Shown here in pieces: positions 10,111 through 20,369 of a stretch of 64,000 nucleotides of DNA. Both the position numbers and the translations under genes were made by a program. This DNA comes from Thermoanaerobaculia bacterium. Lineage in GTDB: Bacteria; Acidobacteriota; Thermoanaerobaculia; UBA5066. The DNA lies in assembly GCA_963719225.1 (NCBI GenBank), contig CAVRAY010000002.1:96001-160000 (forward strand). Direction: 5' to 3'. How positions within the stretch are numbered: the first letter of the stretch is position 1; the number at the start of each line of letters is the position of its first letter. Below the pieces are notes generated by a model. The model was given only the letters and a program-made list of their open reading frames with translations. It was not told the origin of the DNA and did not search any database.

Positions 10111-11376
10111 ATGGAATTCGGCCCGATCCTCCGTTCGATGTCGCGCAACAAGGTGCGCTACGGGCTCATCGTCCTCGAGATCGCCCTGACGCTCGCGATC
10201 GTGACCAACTGCGTGAGCCTCATCCGGGACGCGAGGGCCGAGCTCGGAAAAGAGTCCGGCTTCGACGACGAGCACATCCTCTCGGTGCGGACGCAGCCGT
10301 TCGCGGCGGAGTTCAAGGAGACCGGCTACGTCGCGAACTCCGTGCAGCAGGACCTCGACGTGCTGAGGCGGCTGCCCGGCGTCAAGGCCGTCTCGAACAC
10401 GCGCTTCTTGCCCTGGCAGGGAGGCGGAAGCTCGACGGAGATGAGGCTCGCAGGCGGGCAGGCTCCGTGGCTGAGAACGCAGATCTACAACGCGGACGAG
10501 GGAACGTTCACGACGCTCGGCTCCTCGGTCGTCGAAGGCCGCGGGTTCCGTCCGGACGAGGCGCCGGCCGAGTCGCTGCGGATCGCCGCTCTTCTCGCGA
10601 AAGAGCGTCCTCTGGGCGCGGACGGGACGCCGAAGGAGAAGATCTCGCAGGACGTCGTGATCAGCCAGGGGTTCGCGAAGCTGGCGTTCGGTCCCGGCTC
10701 CCCGCTCGGCAAGCGGCTCGAAGACACCGACGGCGACCAGTACCACGTCGTCGGCGTGATCGACCGTTTCTACAACCCGTACGACTGGCCGATCCACGAT
10801 TACGCCGTGTTCTTCGCGAGCTCCTCGGCGTCCTATCAGGGCGGGGCGGCCTTTCTCGTGCGGGCGCAGCCGGGAGCGCTCGACTCCGTCAAGGCGTCGA
10901 TAGAGAAGTCGCTCGTCGCGGCGAACGCCGGCCGCAACGTGACGGTCCGGGCCCTGCCGGACATCAAGGACCGGTTCCAGACGGGACAGAAGCTCGTCCT
11001 GCGTGTCCTCTCGGCGGTCATCTTCCTCCTGCTCTTCGTCACGTCTCTCGGGATCATCGGCCTGACGTCCTTCTCCGTCGCCGAAAGGACCCGCCAGATC
11101 GGGACCCGCCGGGCGCTCGGGGCCCAGAGGTCCGACATCCTGCGCTATTTCCTTCTCGAGAACTGGCTCGTGACGACGCTCGGCCTCTCGCTCGGGGTGC
11201 TCCTCGCCGTCGGTCTGAACGTCTTCCTCGTCGAGAAGGGGTTCGGCAAACGCCTGGACCTCTCCCTCGTCGCCGCGGGCGTCCTGCTCCTCTGGGCCGC
11301 CGGCCTCCTCGCGACGTTCTTCCCCGCCCTCAAGGGAGCGCGGGTGGCTCCGGCCGTCGCCACGCGCAACGTGTGA
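10111..11376 (+). CDS. ABC transporter permease (MacB_PCD/FtsX)
   Basis: RTRQIGTRRALGA; same topology as the preceding permease. Confidence 0.92.
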   Translation: MEFGPILRSMSRNKVRYGLIVLEIALTLAIVTNCVSLIRDARAELGKESGFDDEHILSVRTQPFAAEFKETGYVANSVQQDLDVLRRLPGVKAVSNTRFLPWQGGGSSTEMRLAGGQAPWLRTQIYNADEGTFTTLGSSVVEGRGFRPDEAPAESLRIAALLAKERPLGADGTPKEKISQDVVISQGFAKLAFGPGSPLGKRLEDTDGDQYHVVGVIDRFYNPYDWPIHDYAVFFASSSASYQGGAAFLVRAQPGALDSVKASIEKSLVAANAGRNVTVRALPDIKDRFQTGQKLVLRVLSAVIFLLLFVTSLGIIGLTSFSVAERTRQIGTRRALGAQRSDILRYFLLENWLVTTLGLSLGVLLAVGLNVFLVEKGFGKRLDLSLVAAGVLLLWAAGLLATFFPALKGARVAPAVATRNV

Positions 11377-11428
11377 AAGTTCGTCCGGCTGCGGAACTTT
11401 CGGGTCCTGCCGTACGTCTTCAGGGAGG

Positions 11429-12862
11429 ATGTCGGCCCGGCGGAGCCCTGTCGCGCGGAAAGAGCGCGTGTCCAGCGTCCTGATCGTCGAGGACGACGAG
11501 GCGGTCGCCCAGGCGCTGGAGGTCCTCCTGGAGCTCCACGACATTCCCTGCCGGTCCGCGAAGACGCCCGCGGAGGCCCTCGCCGCCGTGGCGGCCGGAG
11601 AAGTCGGCGTCGTCCTGCAGGACATGAACTTCCGGCCCGGCGCGACGTCGGGCGACGAGGGCGCCACGCTCTTCCGGGCTCTCCGCAAGGCCGACTCCGA
11701 GCTCCCCGTCCTCCTCATGACGGCCTGGGCGTCTCTCGAAACCGCGGTCGCGCTCGTCCGGGAGGGGGCGACGGATTATTTCGGCAAGCCCTGGGACGAC
11801 GCGAAGCTCATCTCCTCTCTGAGGAACCTCCTGAGGCTGCGCGCGCTCGAGGCCGAAAGCGCGCGGAGGAGGATCGAGCGCTCGACCTCCCGGGCCGAGC
11901 TCCTCGCGCGCTACGACCTCCGCGGCCTCGTCTACGAGAGCGACGCGATGCACCGCGTCGTCTCTCTCGCCGTGAAGATCGCCGCGGCGGACGTCCCGGT
12001 CCTCGTGACGGGACCGAACGGCGCCGGCAAGGAGCGGCTCGCCGAGATCGTGCAGGCGAACTCGCGGAGACGCGAAGGACCATTCGTCAAGGTCAACATC
12101 GCGGCGCTTCCACACGAGCTCATCGAGAGCGAGCTCTTCGGTGCCGACGCGGGCGCTTACACCGGCGCGAGCCGGAGCCGTCCGGGCCGCTTCGAAGCCG
12201 CGCAGGGAGGAACGCTCTTTCTCGACGAGATCGGCGCGCTGCCCCCCGAGGGCCAGGTGAAGCTCCTCCGCGTTCTCCAGAGCGGTGAGTTCGAGCGGCT
12301 CGGATCGAATCAGACCCGCCGTGTCGACGTGCGCGTGATCGGCGCGACGAACACGGACCTGTCCCTGGCGATCCGGGAAGGACGCTTCCGCGAGGACCTT
12401 TACTTCCGCCTGAACGTCGTGGAGCTCCATGTTCCCGCCCTCAAGGACAGACCCGACGACATCCTCCCGCTCGCGAGCGCATTCCTCGCGCTCTCGAGCG
12501 GCTCCTCACGTGCCGTGCCCGCGCTCTCCCCCGCCGCGCAGCGCGCGCTCCTTTCGCACGCGTGGCCCGGCAACGTGCGCGAGCTCGAGAACCGCATCCG
12601 GCGCGCCCTCCTCGTCGAGCCCGGGGAAATCCTCGATCCCGCGTCGCTCGGGTTCGGCGAAGCCGCGGCGGGGTCCGGCACGGGGCCGCGGCGTGACCTC
12701 GGAGAGAGTGAAGGCGCCGAGAAGGCCGCGCTCGAGGCGCTCCTCGTGAGACACGAGGGCCGCGTGTCTCAGGCCGCGGAGGAGCTCGGGCTCTCGCGGC
12801 AGGCCCTTTACCGGAAGATGGAGAAGCTCGGGATCACGCTGGAACGCCGGCCGAAGGACTGA
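11429..12862 (+). CDS. sigma54-dependent response regulator (REC-AAA+-HTH, NtrC family)
   Basis: LIVEDD, LQDMN, GPNGAGKE, ESELFG...GAYTGA, LFLDEIG, WPGNVRELEN and Fis-type HTH; start may be GTG 11468. Confidence 0.95.
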   Translation: MSARRSPVARKERVSSVLIVEDDEAVAQALEVLLELHDIPCRSAKTPAEALAAVAAGEVGVVLQDMNFRPGATSGDEGATLFRALRKADSELPVLLMTAWASLETAVALVREGATDYFGKPWDDAKLISSLRNLLRLRALEAESARRRIERSTSRAELLARYDLRGLVYESDAMHRVVSLAVKIAAADVPVLVTGPNGAGKERLAEIVQANSRRREGPFVKVNIAALPHELIESELFGADAGAYTGASRSRPGRFEAAQGGTLFLDEIGALPPEGQVKLLRVLQSGEFERLGSNQTRRVDVRVIGATNTDLSLAIREGRFREDLYFRLNVVELHVPALKDRPDDILPLASAFLALSSGSSRAVPALSPAAQRALLSHAWPGNVRELENRIRRALLVEPGEILDPASLGFGEAAAGSGTGPRRDLGESEGAEKAALEALLVRHEGRVSQAAEELGLSRQALYRKMEKLGITLERRPKD

Positions 12863-12867
12863 GGGCG

Positions 12868-14238
12868 GTGCGCCGACGCTCCAGCCTCGAGGGCCGGTTC
12901 GCGCTCGCGGCCGCTCTCGCCGTCCTCGGCTCCGTGGGACTCACGTCGCTCCTCGTCGTGATCGACCTCTCCCTTCCGCTCGCGGCCTCGCTCGCCTCCG
13001 CCGCGGGGATCGCCGGCGCCGTCTCGGGGATCGCGTGGGCGTGGCGGCCCATCGCGTCCGCCGTGAAAGGGGTCGCGGACGGAGTGCGCGGGTTCCAGGA
13101 AAACGACTTCGGGTTCCGGCTCGCGGGAGAGAACGACGACGAGATCGGGGATCTCGTGGCGCTCTACAACCGGATGGGCGACGTCCTGCGCGACAAGCGC
13201 AACGAGATCTACGAGAGAGAGCTCCTACTCGACTCGCTCCTCCAGGGCGCGCCGATGGCGCTCGTCCTTTTCAACCCGCTCGACCGCGTGGCGTACGCGA
13301 ATGCGGCCGCGCGGCGGCTTTTCGGAAGGAAGGGACGCCTCGAAGGCCTCACGCTCGACGACCTCGACGCTCCGGCTCCGGCGCTCAAGGCAGCCCTTCT
13401 CGCGGGGGACGACGCGACGGTTACGGCGCTCACGCCCGCGGGCGAAGACGAGACGTTCCGGCTCGTCTTCCGGTCGTTTCACCTGAACACACAGCGTCAC
13501 CGGCTGGCCGTCGTCGAGGTCCTCACGCCCGACGTGCGGCGCCAGGAGCTCTCGGCCTGGAAGAAGGTCATCCGCGTCGTCAGCCACGAGGTCAACAACT
13601 CTCTCGCCCCCGTCAGCTCGCTCGTCCATTCCGCCCGCGTCGCCGCGCGGACCCCCCGGCACGCGGAGCGCCTCGAAAACATCCTCGCGACGATCGACGA
13701 GCGCGTCCGTCACCTGTCGCGCTTCCTCGAGGGCTACGCCGCGCTCGCGCGCCTGCCGGTGCCTCGCCGGGAGGAGATCGCATGGGCGCCGTTTCTCGAG
13801 TCCGTGAGCCGCGCGGTTCCGTTCCGCGTCGAGGGGACTCCCGATCCGCCGGCCGCGTACTTCGACCCCGCCCAGATGCAACAGGTGCTGCTCAACCTCT
13901 TGAAGAACGCCGGCGAAGCCGGAAGCCCGCCGGAGGAAACCTGCGTCGCCGTCGAACCCGCGCCCTCTGGCGGGTGCTTCCTGCGCATCTCGGACCGCGG
14001 CACGGGTATGGACGAGGATTCGATGCGGCGCGCCGCGCTCCCGCTCTCCTCGGCGGACCGCGGAGGTCGCGGTCTCGGCCTCCCCCTCGTCGCCGAGATC
14101 CTCGCCGCGCACGGAGGGGAGCTCGTCGTGGCCAGGCGCCCCGGCGGGGGCACGGTCGTCACGTGCCGCCTTCCCGAAGGCCGCTCCGGTTCCAGCCTCC
14201 CGCGCCGTTCGGCGTCGGCCGGGCCAGGAGCGCTTTGA
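12868..14238 (+). CDS. HAMP/PAS sensor histidine kinase (NtrY-like)
   Basis: Two TMs, HAMP, SHEVNNSL H-box, NLLKNA, DRGTG and GLGL. Confidence 0.92.
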   Translation: MRRRSSLEGRFALAAALAVLGSVGLTSLLVVIDLSLPLAASLASAAGIAGAVSGIAWAWRPIASAVKGVADGVRGFQENDFGFRLAGENDDEIGDLVALYNRMGDVLRDKRNEIYERELLLDSLLQGAPMALVLFNPLDRVAYANAAARRLFGRKGRLEGLTLDDLDAPAPALKAALLAGDDATVTALTPAGEDETFRLVFRSFHLNTQRHRLAVVEVLTPDVRRQELSAWKKVIRVVSHEVNNSLAPVSSLVHSARVAARTPRHAERLENILATIDERVRHLSRFLEGYAALARLPVPRREEIAWAPFLESVSRAVPFRVEGTPDPPAAYFDPAQMQQVLLNLLKNAGEAGSPPEETCVAVEPAPSGGCFLRISDRGTGMDEDSMRRAALPLSSADRGGRGLGLPLVAEILAAHGGELVVARRPGGGTVVTCRLPEGRSGSSLPRRSASAGPGAL

Positions 14239-14244
14239 CGCGGG

Positions 14245-15459
14245 TCAGGCGGGCTGGAGGGCCACCGAGGACCCCACCCACGTGAAGTCCTTGTTGAAGT
14301 CCACGCCGAGCATCTTGCCGCGCGAGAGCCGGCACAGGTTGAGGGACAGCGTGGGTGCCTCGTCGCCGTCGGGGCGGAAGAACATCATTCGGATCTCGAC
14401 CTTCACCCCGCCGCCGTCTTTGGCGACGAGGCAGGGGTCGTACGCGATCTTCTCCTGCAGGCACCACGAGCCGCGCTCGCTCTCGGGAATTCGCGCGAGA
14501 TCCTCCGGAGTCGGGTCCACGTTCACGCCGCCTCCCGCGAAGGAGAAAAGCGGCTTCAGGACGTAACGTTCCGTGAGGTCCTTCGGAACGGCGTCGAGCT
14601 CCGAGAGGTACGTGGCCTTCGGCACCGTCTCGTGCGCGAGGAGCGGGAGCGAGTATTTCGACCACGTCCAGTACCAGTTCGGATGCGGGACCCAGCGGAC
14701 GTCGAGGTCGTCGCGAAAGTCGAAAGGCAGCTCGAGGTCCTTCTTGATGAGCTCGTCGAAGACGACGCGGTTGTAGATCCTCTTGACGGGAACGCGGCGC
14801 CCGTCTTTCACGCGGAAGAGGCGCCTTCCTTCCGTGACGAGGCTCCGCGGGTCAACGGCGTCGACGCCGACGAGCCGTTTCGTCGCGGAGAAATCGATCG
14901 CCGTCTTCTGCTCCTCGGGATCGAGATCGAGGAGCACGACTTCCGCCGGGTCCTCGTCACCGACGATCGTGCGCCTGAGGAGGGCGACGAACCCGTCCCG
15001 CGAAAGGCCCGAGAAGTACGGTCTCCACGTCGCCTTCGGGAGGCCGGCCACTCCCGCGAGAGCCTCGTTCCACGCGTCCGACTGCAGGACCTCGAACGCG
15101 GAGAGCGACGGGAAGCCCTGCAGCTCGATGAGACGGGGAACGAGGCGCCCGTCCTGTCCCTTCACGATCGCGAAGTCCACCTGCGCGAGCGAGGGCAACG
15201 CGTCCATTCCCGGCGCCGCCCAGCGGGCCGGGATCGCCTGTTTCATGCGCACGATCGCTTCCGGCCTCGAGAGCTGCGCGACGATCGCGCGCGCGCCGTC
15301 CTGGAGCGCGGCGGCGAGATCCGTGGTCAGGAAGACCGGCGTCTCCGCGAGCCGGAAACCCGGCTCGACGCCGGCTCGACCTACCAGATCCCGCGCGTAG
15401 GCGGAGGCGAGCGCGGGCGTGAAGGCCGCGTTGAACGCCGCGCGAAACCCCGGATGCAT
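14245..15459 (-). CDS. Circularly permuted ATP-grasp-like (glutathionylspermidine synthase-like) putative ligase
   Basis: VDFAIV...LIELQGFPS, RIYNRV, HPNWY..SK, YVLKPLFSFAGGGV, LQEKI. Confidence 0.7.
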   Translation of the reverse strand: MHPGFRAAFNAAFTPALASAYARDLVGRAGVEPGFRLAETPVFLTTDLAAALQDGARAIVAQLSRPEAIVRMKQAIPARWAAPGMDALPSLAQVDFAIVKGQDGRLVPRLIELQGFPSLSAFEVLQSDAWNEALAGVAGLPKATWRPYFSGLSRDGFVALLRRTIVGDEDPAEVVLLDLDPEEQKTAIDFSATKRLVGVDAVDPRSLVTEGRRLFRVKDGRRVPVKRIYNRVVFDELIKKDLELPFDFRDDLDVRWVPHPNWYWTWSKYSLPLLAHETVPKATYLSELDAVPKDLTERYVLKPLFSFAGGGVNVDPTPEDLARIPESERGSWCLQEKIAYDPCLVAKDGGGVKVEIRMMFFRPDGDEAPTLSLNLCRLSRGKMLGVDFNKDFTWVGSSVALQPA

Positions 15460-15486
15460 GGGCGCGGAGTTTAGACCTGGCCGGCT

Positions 15487-16359
15487 TCAGCGCGCGTCGA
15501 ACGCTCTCATCCGGCGGAACTCCTTCTCCTCGTAGTCCCGCCTCACCTTCCCGAAGAGTCCCGCCGGCACGACGGTGCAGACGACTCCGAAGAGGAGGAA
15601 CGTGAAGAGCAGCTCGGACGGCTGCGCGCGCCACCAGCCGGCGACGGCGGCCAGGAGGGCGACGACGCCGAGCGCGAACATCCCCTTGAGAAGCGCGAGG
15701 ACGAGCCCGCGCGCCTGACCCCGCGACGCGAAGATGCCGACGACGGCCCCGAGAAGGCCCAGGATCGAGCCTCCGATCCCTCCGAAGAGGGAGATTTGGC
15801 GAGGCGTGAGCCAGGAACCCGGGGCGACGAAGAACTCATCGCCGGGCTCGAGCTCTACGAGGCTCACCTTTCCCAGGGACACGGCTCCCCGGCCGGGGAA
15901 GGCGACGTTCACGGCGAGCTTCTCGGGGGCCATCCCCGGCTCTGCCGTGAACGGGAGGAGGAAAGGGCGAAAGCGGAATGTGCCGCCGAGGGCCGCCATG
16001 GGTCCGGCCTGAGCGAGCGTCCGGGAAAAGTACCTTCCGCCGCCGGCGAAGAAGCTCCACATCTCGAGGTACGCCTGGCCCTCGATTCCCTCCCCCCGTA
16101 CCTCTCCGCGGAACAGGTATCGGGAAGACTTCACGCCCGCTCCGTCGATCACGAAAAGCGAAATCGTGCGCGGCATGCCGTCCGGGTTCGCCACCCGGAG
16201 CGTTTCGAACGGCGAGCCGGCGCCGCGGGGCACGACCTCGCCTCCCGCGAGCGTCCCTTCGGCTTTCAGGGCCGTCCAGGAGATTTCCCGGACGAGTCTC
16301 TCGGCGCTCGCGCTCGTCGCGAGACAAAGGAAGCTAAAGAACGCGACGAGTCTTTTCAC
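15487..16359 (-). CDS. Hypothetical membrane protein (signal peptide, beta-rich ectodomain, three C-terminal TMs)
   Basis: 290-aa ORF overlapping the DUF2089 gene end; hydrophobic C-terminus. Confidence 0.75.
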   Translation of the reverse strand: MKRLVAFFSFLCLATSASAERLVREISWTALKAEGTLAGGEVVPRGAGSPFETLRVANPDGMPRTISLFVIDGAGVKSSRYLFRGEVRGEGIEGQAYLEMWSFFAGGGRYFSRTLAQAGPMAALGGTFRFRPFLLPFTAEPGMAPEKLAVNVAFPGRGAVSLGKVSLVELEPGDEFFVAPGSWLTPRQISLFGGIGGSILGLLGAVVGIFASRGQARGLVLALLKGMFALGVVALLAAVAGWWRAQPSELLFTFLLFGVVCTVVPAGLFGKVRRDYEEKEFRRMRAFDAR

Positions 16360-16639
16360 GGCGCCCCTCCATTTCCTTCCGATGCTCCTTCAGGAGGAGC
16401 TTCAGCGTGTCGAGCTCGATCTTTCCTTCGGCAAAGGCCGCTCTCAGGACGCGCTCGAAGTCGCTCCGGATCTCCTGATCGTCGAGAATCTTGATCTTCT
16501 CGATGAGGCGGTCGAGCCTCAGGCGCACGGTCGGATAGCTGATGTCGTAGGCCATGGCCAATTCCTTCAGCGAGCCCGAAGCGAGGAGAAAGCGCTTCAG
16601 AAAGGCCAAGTCCTCGTCGGCGAGGTGGTCGCTCCACAT
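16334..16639 (-). CDS. DUF2089 family HTH protein
   Basis: FLKRFLLASGSLKELAMAYDISYPTVRLRLDRLI signature. Confidence 0.85.
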   Translation of the reverse strand: MWSDHLADEDLAFLKRFLLASGSLKELAMAYDISYPTVRLRLDRLIEKIKILDDQEIRSDFERVLRAAFAEGKIELDTLKLLLKEHRKEMEGRREKTRRVL

Positions 16640-16700
16640 TCTTAAACTCAACCTTGAGTATGATGTTATTTAAATGAAAGTCAAATTGAATTTAACTTAG
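16640..16700. promoter_or_regulatory. AT-rich promoter region with an inverted repeat upstream of the DUF2089 gene
   Basis: Strongly AT-rich island; ACTCAA-CC-TTGAGT at 16646-16659. Confidence 0.55.
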
Positions 16701-17372
16701 GTGGCGAGCCGCGCCCGCCCTGGCGAGCGCGTACGCGGAAAGGAGGAGCTTGCCGGCGCGCGGCTCTCCCAAACCGCGCGACGCGAAGTACTCCCGGGCC
16801 TTCGCGTCCGGGAGCAGGGCGAGGTCGGCCTCGAGCCGGGCCGAGATCACGGCGGTCTCCGAACCCCGGCGCCGGGAGATGTCGCGGACCTTCTTCACGA
16901 GGGGGAGGTCGTCCGCGCGCGCGAGGTCGCCTTCGGCGACGTTGCACACGAAAAGGGTGGGCTTTTTCGTCAGCGACTCGAGGTCCGCGAGGATGAGCTC
17001 CGCCGTGATGGTCTCGATGTCGGCCAGCGGATCGAGCGTGTCGGAGACGTGGACGATGGCCTCGTTCTCGAAGCAACGCACGACGTGGAGGATCGCGTCC
17101 ACCTCGCGGGCGCGGGCGAGAAACTTGTTGCCGAGCCCTTCGCCCTTGCTCGCGCCCCTCACGAGGCCCGCGAGGTCGACGAGCTCGAGGGCAGCGGGGG
17201 CGCCGTCGGAGGACGGCGCGAACGGCGTGAGAGGTATCGTCGCGGGGCCGACGTTCTTCTCGATCGTGCAAAACGGGTAGCTCGCGACGCGCGCGTCGCC
17301 AGTCCGCGTGAGGGCGTTGAAGAGCGTCGACTTCCCGACGTTCGGAAGGCCGACGATCGCGGCGCTGAGCAT
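16692..17372 (-). CDS. ychF: Truncated YchF/Obg-like ATPase (G-domain only); possible pseudogene
   Basis: GLPNVGKST, YPFCT, DLAGLV.GASKGEGLGNKFL and HVVRCF are present; the coiled-coil insert and TGS domain are absent (226 aa). Confidence 0.8.
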   Translation of the reverse strand: MLSAAIVGLPNVGKSTLFNALTRTGDARVASYPFCTIEKNVGPATIPLTPFAPSSDGAPAALELVDLAGLVRGASKGEGLGNKFLARAREVDAILHVVRCFENEAIVHVSDTLDPLADIETITAELILADLESLTKKPTLFVCNVAEGDLARADDLPLVKKVRDISRRRGSETAVISARLEADLALLPDAKAREYFASRGLGEPRAGKLLLSAYALARAGAARHLS

Positions 17373-17469
17373 GGGCTTGGAAGGTTAACAGTCCCCGAAG
17401 CGCGCGTCCCGCTCGACGCGAATGCATCTCACCTTCGACTATCATGCCGTGCGTGAAGAAGAGGGGCTG

Positions 17470-18636
17470 ATGTCCCCGGCCGCGCGCTTTCGCCGGGCCG
17501 CCGTCGACAGGCTCTACAGCGTCAAGCGGCGGCTGCTGCGGGCGGCGCCCGCGCTCGATCGCGTAGGTCTGAGGCGATTCCGCATCGCGGACGTGGAGCA
17601 TGCCCGGGATCTCCTTGGCAGCGGAGTCGAAAATCTCCGCGTCCTGATTCCGGGGGGAACCGTTTCGTTCGCCGATCCGCGGGAAGAGCCCTTTCTGGGC
17701 CTCTGCAAATACTATTCGTCGGGCACGTTCGAACGGCCGGATGTCTTCGTCTGCGACGTTCCCTCGGGCCAAGTCCACGTCGGGACCGGCATCGTCCTCA
17801 CCGGGGGCGGCACGATCGTGGAGGAATCCGTCCTCGCGTATCGCCTCCCCTATTCGAGCGTCTACCAGGGACTTCGGCCGCTCAGGCCGGTCCGGATCCG
17901 CGGCTCCGTTGCGACGATCCTCAACGTCTTCGGCGACAACCTCTGGCACTGGCTCATCGACTCGCTCCCCCGGCTCGTCTCCCTCGCGAAGGAGATGCCG
18001 GCCAGGGAACCCGTCACTCTCGTCCTGCCAGACACTCTTCATGCGGCGCAGCGGGAAATCCTCGCGGCGCTCCTCCCTTCGAGTTTCTCCGTGCTCGTCC
18101 TGCCGAAGCGGACGTGGGTGCGGGCCGACCGCGTGATCCTCGCTTCCTTTCTCTCGGGCCATTCGAACGGGTTCCTCCCGCCCGAGTACGCGAGCGTCAT
18201 CCGCGACCGCGTTTTCCGCGGGCTCGGCCTGCGCGGGACGAAGGGGCTGCGCGGGCGGATCTGGGTATCGCGCGAAGGCGACCGGCACCGGCGGGTCCGG
18301 AACGAAAGCGAAGTGATGGAGGCCATCGCGCCACTGGGCTTCCGGTCGGTGCGCCTCGCCGGGATGTCCGCACGCGACCAGGTCGAGACGTTTCGGACCG
18401 CGGAAATCGTCGCGGGAGCCTACGGGGCCGGCCTGGGATGGCTGTTGTTCTCCGATCGCATCCCGGTCGTCGTCCTCTATCCGAACGCCGTCCCGAACAC
18501 GCACTTCATCACCCAGACCTCCAGCCTCGGGCAGAGGCACCACTTCCTGCTCGACGACGCCCCCGACGAGTACACCGATTTCGACGCGGACGTCCCGCGC
18601 CTCAGGGCGCTTCTCGAAGCAGCGGTCCCGCCGTGA
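17470..18636 (+). CDS. Glycosyltransferase family 61 (DUF563)-like protein
   Basis: NLWHWLIDSLPRL, IWVSR...RRVRNE, QVETF..AEIVAGAYGAGL. Confidence 0.82.
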   Translation: MSPAARFRRAAVDRLYSVKRRLLRAAPALDRVGLRRFRIADVEHARDLLGSGVENLRVLIPGGTVSFADPREEPFLGLCKYYSSGTFERPDVFVCDVPSGQVHVGTGIVLTGGGTIVEESVLAYRLPYSSVYQGLRPLRPVRIRGSVATILNVFGDNLWHWLIDSLPRLVSLAKEMPAREPVTLVLPDTLHAAQREILAALLPSSFSVLVLPKRTWVRADRVILASFLSGHSNGFLPPEYASVIRDRVFRGLGLRGTKGLRGRIWVSREGDRHRRVRNESEVMEAIAPLGFRSVRLAGMSARDQVETFRTAEIVAGAYGAGLGWLLFSDRIPVVVLYPNAVPNTHFITQTSSLGQRHHFLLDDAPDEYTDFDADVPRLRALLEAAVPP

Positions 18637-20369
18637 GCCCCGAGCGCGCCGGGACCGGCGCGGCGTGGCTGCTTCGCGCCTACGAGGAATACACGCGCGC
18701 GTTCGCCGAGATCACGCGCCGGGCTCCCAAGCGTTTCTCGGAGCGCGACTGGCACGGGATCCGGGCCGACGCCCTGGAACGTCTCCAGCTGTATCGCGAG
18801 AGGCTCGATCCCGCGATCCGCGACCTCGAATCCCTCTTCGGCGAAGGGGTTTCGGACGTCGCTCTGTGGACGAAGATGAAGTCTCTCTTCGCGCGTCTCG
18901 CCGAGAACCGGCCGGATCTCGAGCTCGCCGAGACTTTCTTCAACTCGGCTTCCCGCCGCATTTTTCATACCGTAGGCGCCGATGCGCGTGCCGAATTCGT
19001 GTCGTCCGTACCTCCGGATCTTCCGCTCGAGGCCGCAGCCGCGATCCTCGCGTCCTTCGAGGGAGGCGCCGGGACCCGGGCCATCCTCGAAAGGGCGCTC
19101 TCGTCGGTGCCACTCGACGCCGGCTGGGAGGACCTCGCGCGCGACGCCGCTCTCGGCGCCGCGAAGCTCGACGCGTCGCTCACCCGGGCGTGGGGCGATC
19201 CCGCTTTCGATTCCCTCGAGATGCTTCGGCCCGTCTTCTTCCGCAGCAAGGGGGCCTACCTCATCGGACGCCTGCGGCGCGGGGAGAGGACTCGTCCGCT
19301 CGTCGTCGCCCTCTTGAACCGCGACGGGCGGGTCACGGTGGACGCCGTCCTCGCCGACGAGGACGAGGCTTCGATCGTTTTCAGCTTCACCCGCTCGTAC
19401 TTCCACGTGGAGTGCCCGAGGCCCGCGGCGCTCGTCGCGTTCCTGAAAGCCCTCATGCCCAAGAAGCCCGTCGGCGAGCTCTACACCGCGCTGGGATTCA
19501 ACAAGCACGGAAAGACCGAGCTCTACCGCGACCTCCTCCGTCACCTCGCGTCGTCCGACGACCGCTTCGTCGAGGCTCCGGGCGCGGCGGGAATGGTCAT
19601 GATCGTCTTCACCCTTCCCTCCTATGACGTGGTCTTCAAGGTCATCCGCGATTCGTTCTCCCCGCCGAAGACGACGGAGCGGCGCGACGTGCTCGACAAA
19701 TACCGGCTCGTCTTTCACCACACGCGCGCGGGACGCCTCGCGGACGTGCAGGAGTTCGAGCACCTTTCCTTTCCGATTTCGCGCTTCGACGCGCGCCTCC
19801 TCGAGAAGCTTCTCGCCTGCGCCGCTAAAACTGTCGAGAGGCGCGGCTTGGAGGTCGTGCTCCATCACGTCTTCACGGAGAGAAGGCTGACGCCGCTCGA
19901 CATCTTCCTTCGCGATGCCGACGCCGGGCGGGCCCGCGCGGCCGCGGTCGACTTCGGAGAAGCCATTCGCGACCTCGCGAAGTCGAACATCTTCCCGGGC
20001 GACCTCCTTCCCAAGAACTTCGGGCTGACGCGGCACGGCCGCGTCGTCTTCTACGACTACGACGAGATCTGCTTCCTGACCGACGTGAACTTCCGGGAGC
20101 TTCCTGCCGGAGTGGACGAGGAGAGCTCGAACGCCGAGCCCTCGTTCTGGGTCGGGCCCGGCGACGTCTTTCCCGAGGAGTTCTTCACGTTCATGGGGCT
20201 CCGCGGCCCGGCCCGCGAAGCCTTCCTCGAACGCCATGCGGACCTCCTCGACGTGCGGTTCTGGCTCGAGGCCCAGAGACAGGAGCGCGCCGGCGAGATC
20301 GTGGACGTTTTTCCGTACCCGCCCGAGAGCCGCATCCAGGTCCCCCGCCTCGAGGAGCGGCGGGCATGA
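18633..20369 (+). CDS. aceK: Isocitrate dehydrogenase kinase/phosphatase
   Basis: ELAETFFNS, FSFTRSYF, GFNKHGKTE, APG..GMVM, VFKVIRD, NIFPGDLL.KNFG.TRHGRVVFYDYDE. Confidence 0.95.
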   Translation: MSPERAGTGAAWLLRAYEEYTRAFAEITRRAPKRFSERDWHGIRADALERLQLYRERLDPAIRDLESLFGEGVSDVALWTKMKSLFARLAENRPDLELAETFFNSASRRIFHTVGADARAEFVSSVPPDLPLEAAAAILASFEGGAGTRAILERALSSVPLDAGWEDLARDAALGAAKLDASLTRAWGDPAFDSLEMLRPVFFRSKGAYLIGRLRRGERTRPLVVALLNRDGRVTVDAVLADEDEASIVFSFTRSYFHVECPRPAALVAFLKALMPKKPVGELYTALGFNKHGKTELYRDLLRHLASSDDRFVEAPGAAGMVMIVFTLPSYDVVFKVIRDSFSPPKTTERRDVLDKYRLVFHHTRAGRLADVQEFEHLSFPISRFDARLLEKLLACAAKTVERRGLEVVLHHVFTERRLTPLDIFLRDADAGRARAAAVDFGEAIRDLAKSNIFPGDLLPKNFGLTRHGRVVFYDYDEICFLTDVNFRELPAGVDEESSNAEPSFWVGPGDVFPEEFFTFMGLRGPAREAFLERHADLLDVRFWLEAQRQERAGEIVDVFPYPPESRIQVPRLEERRA

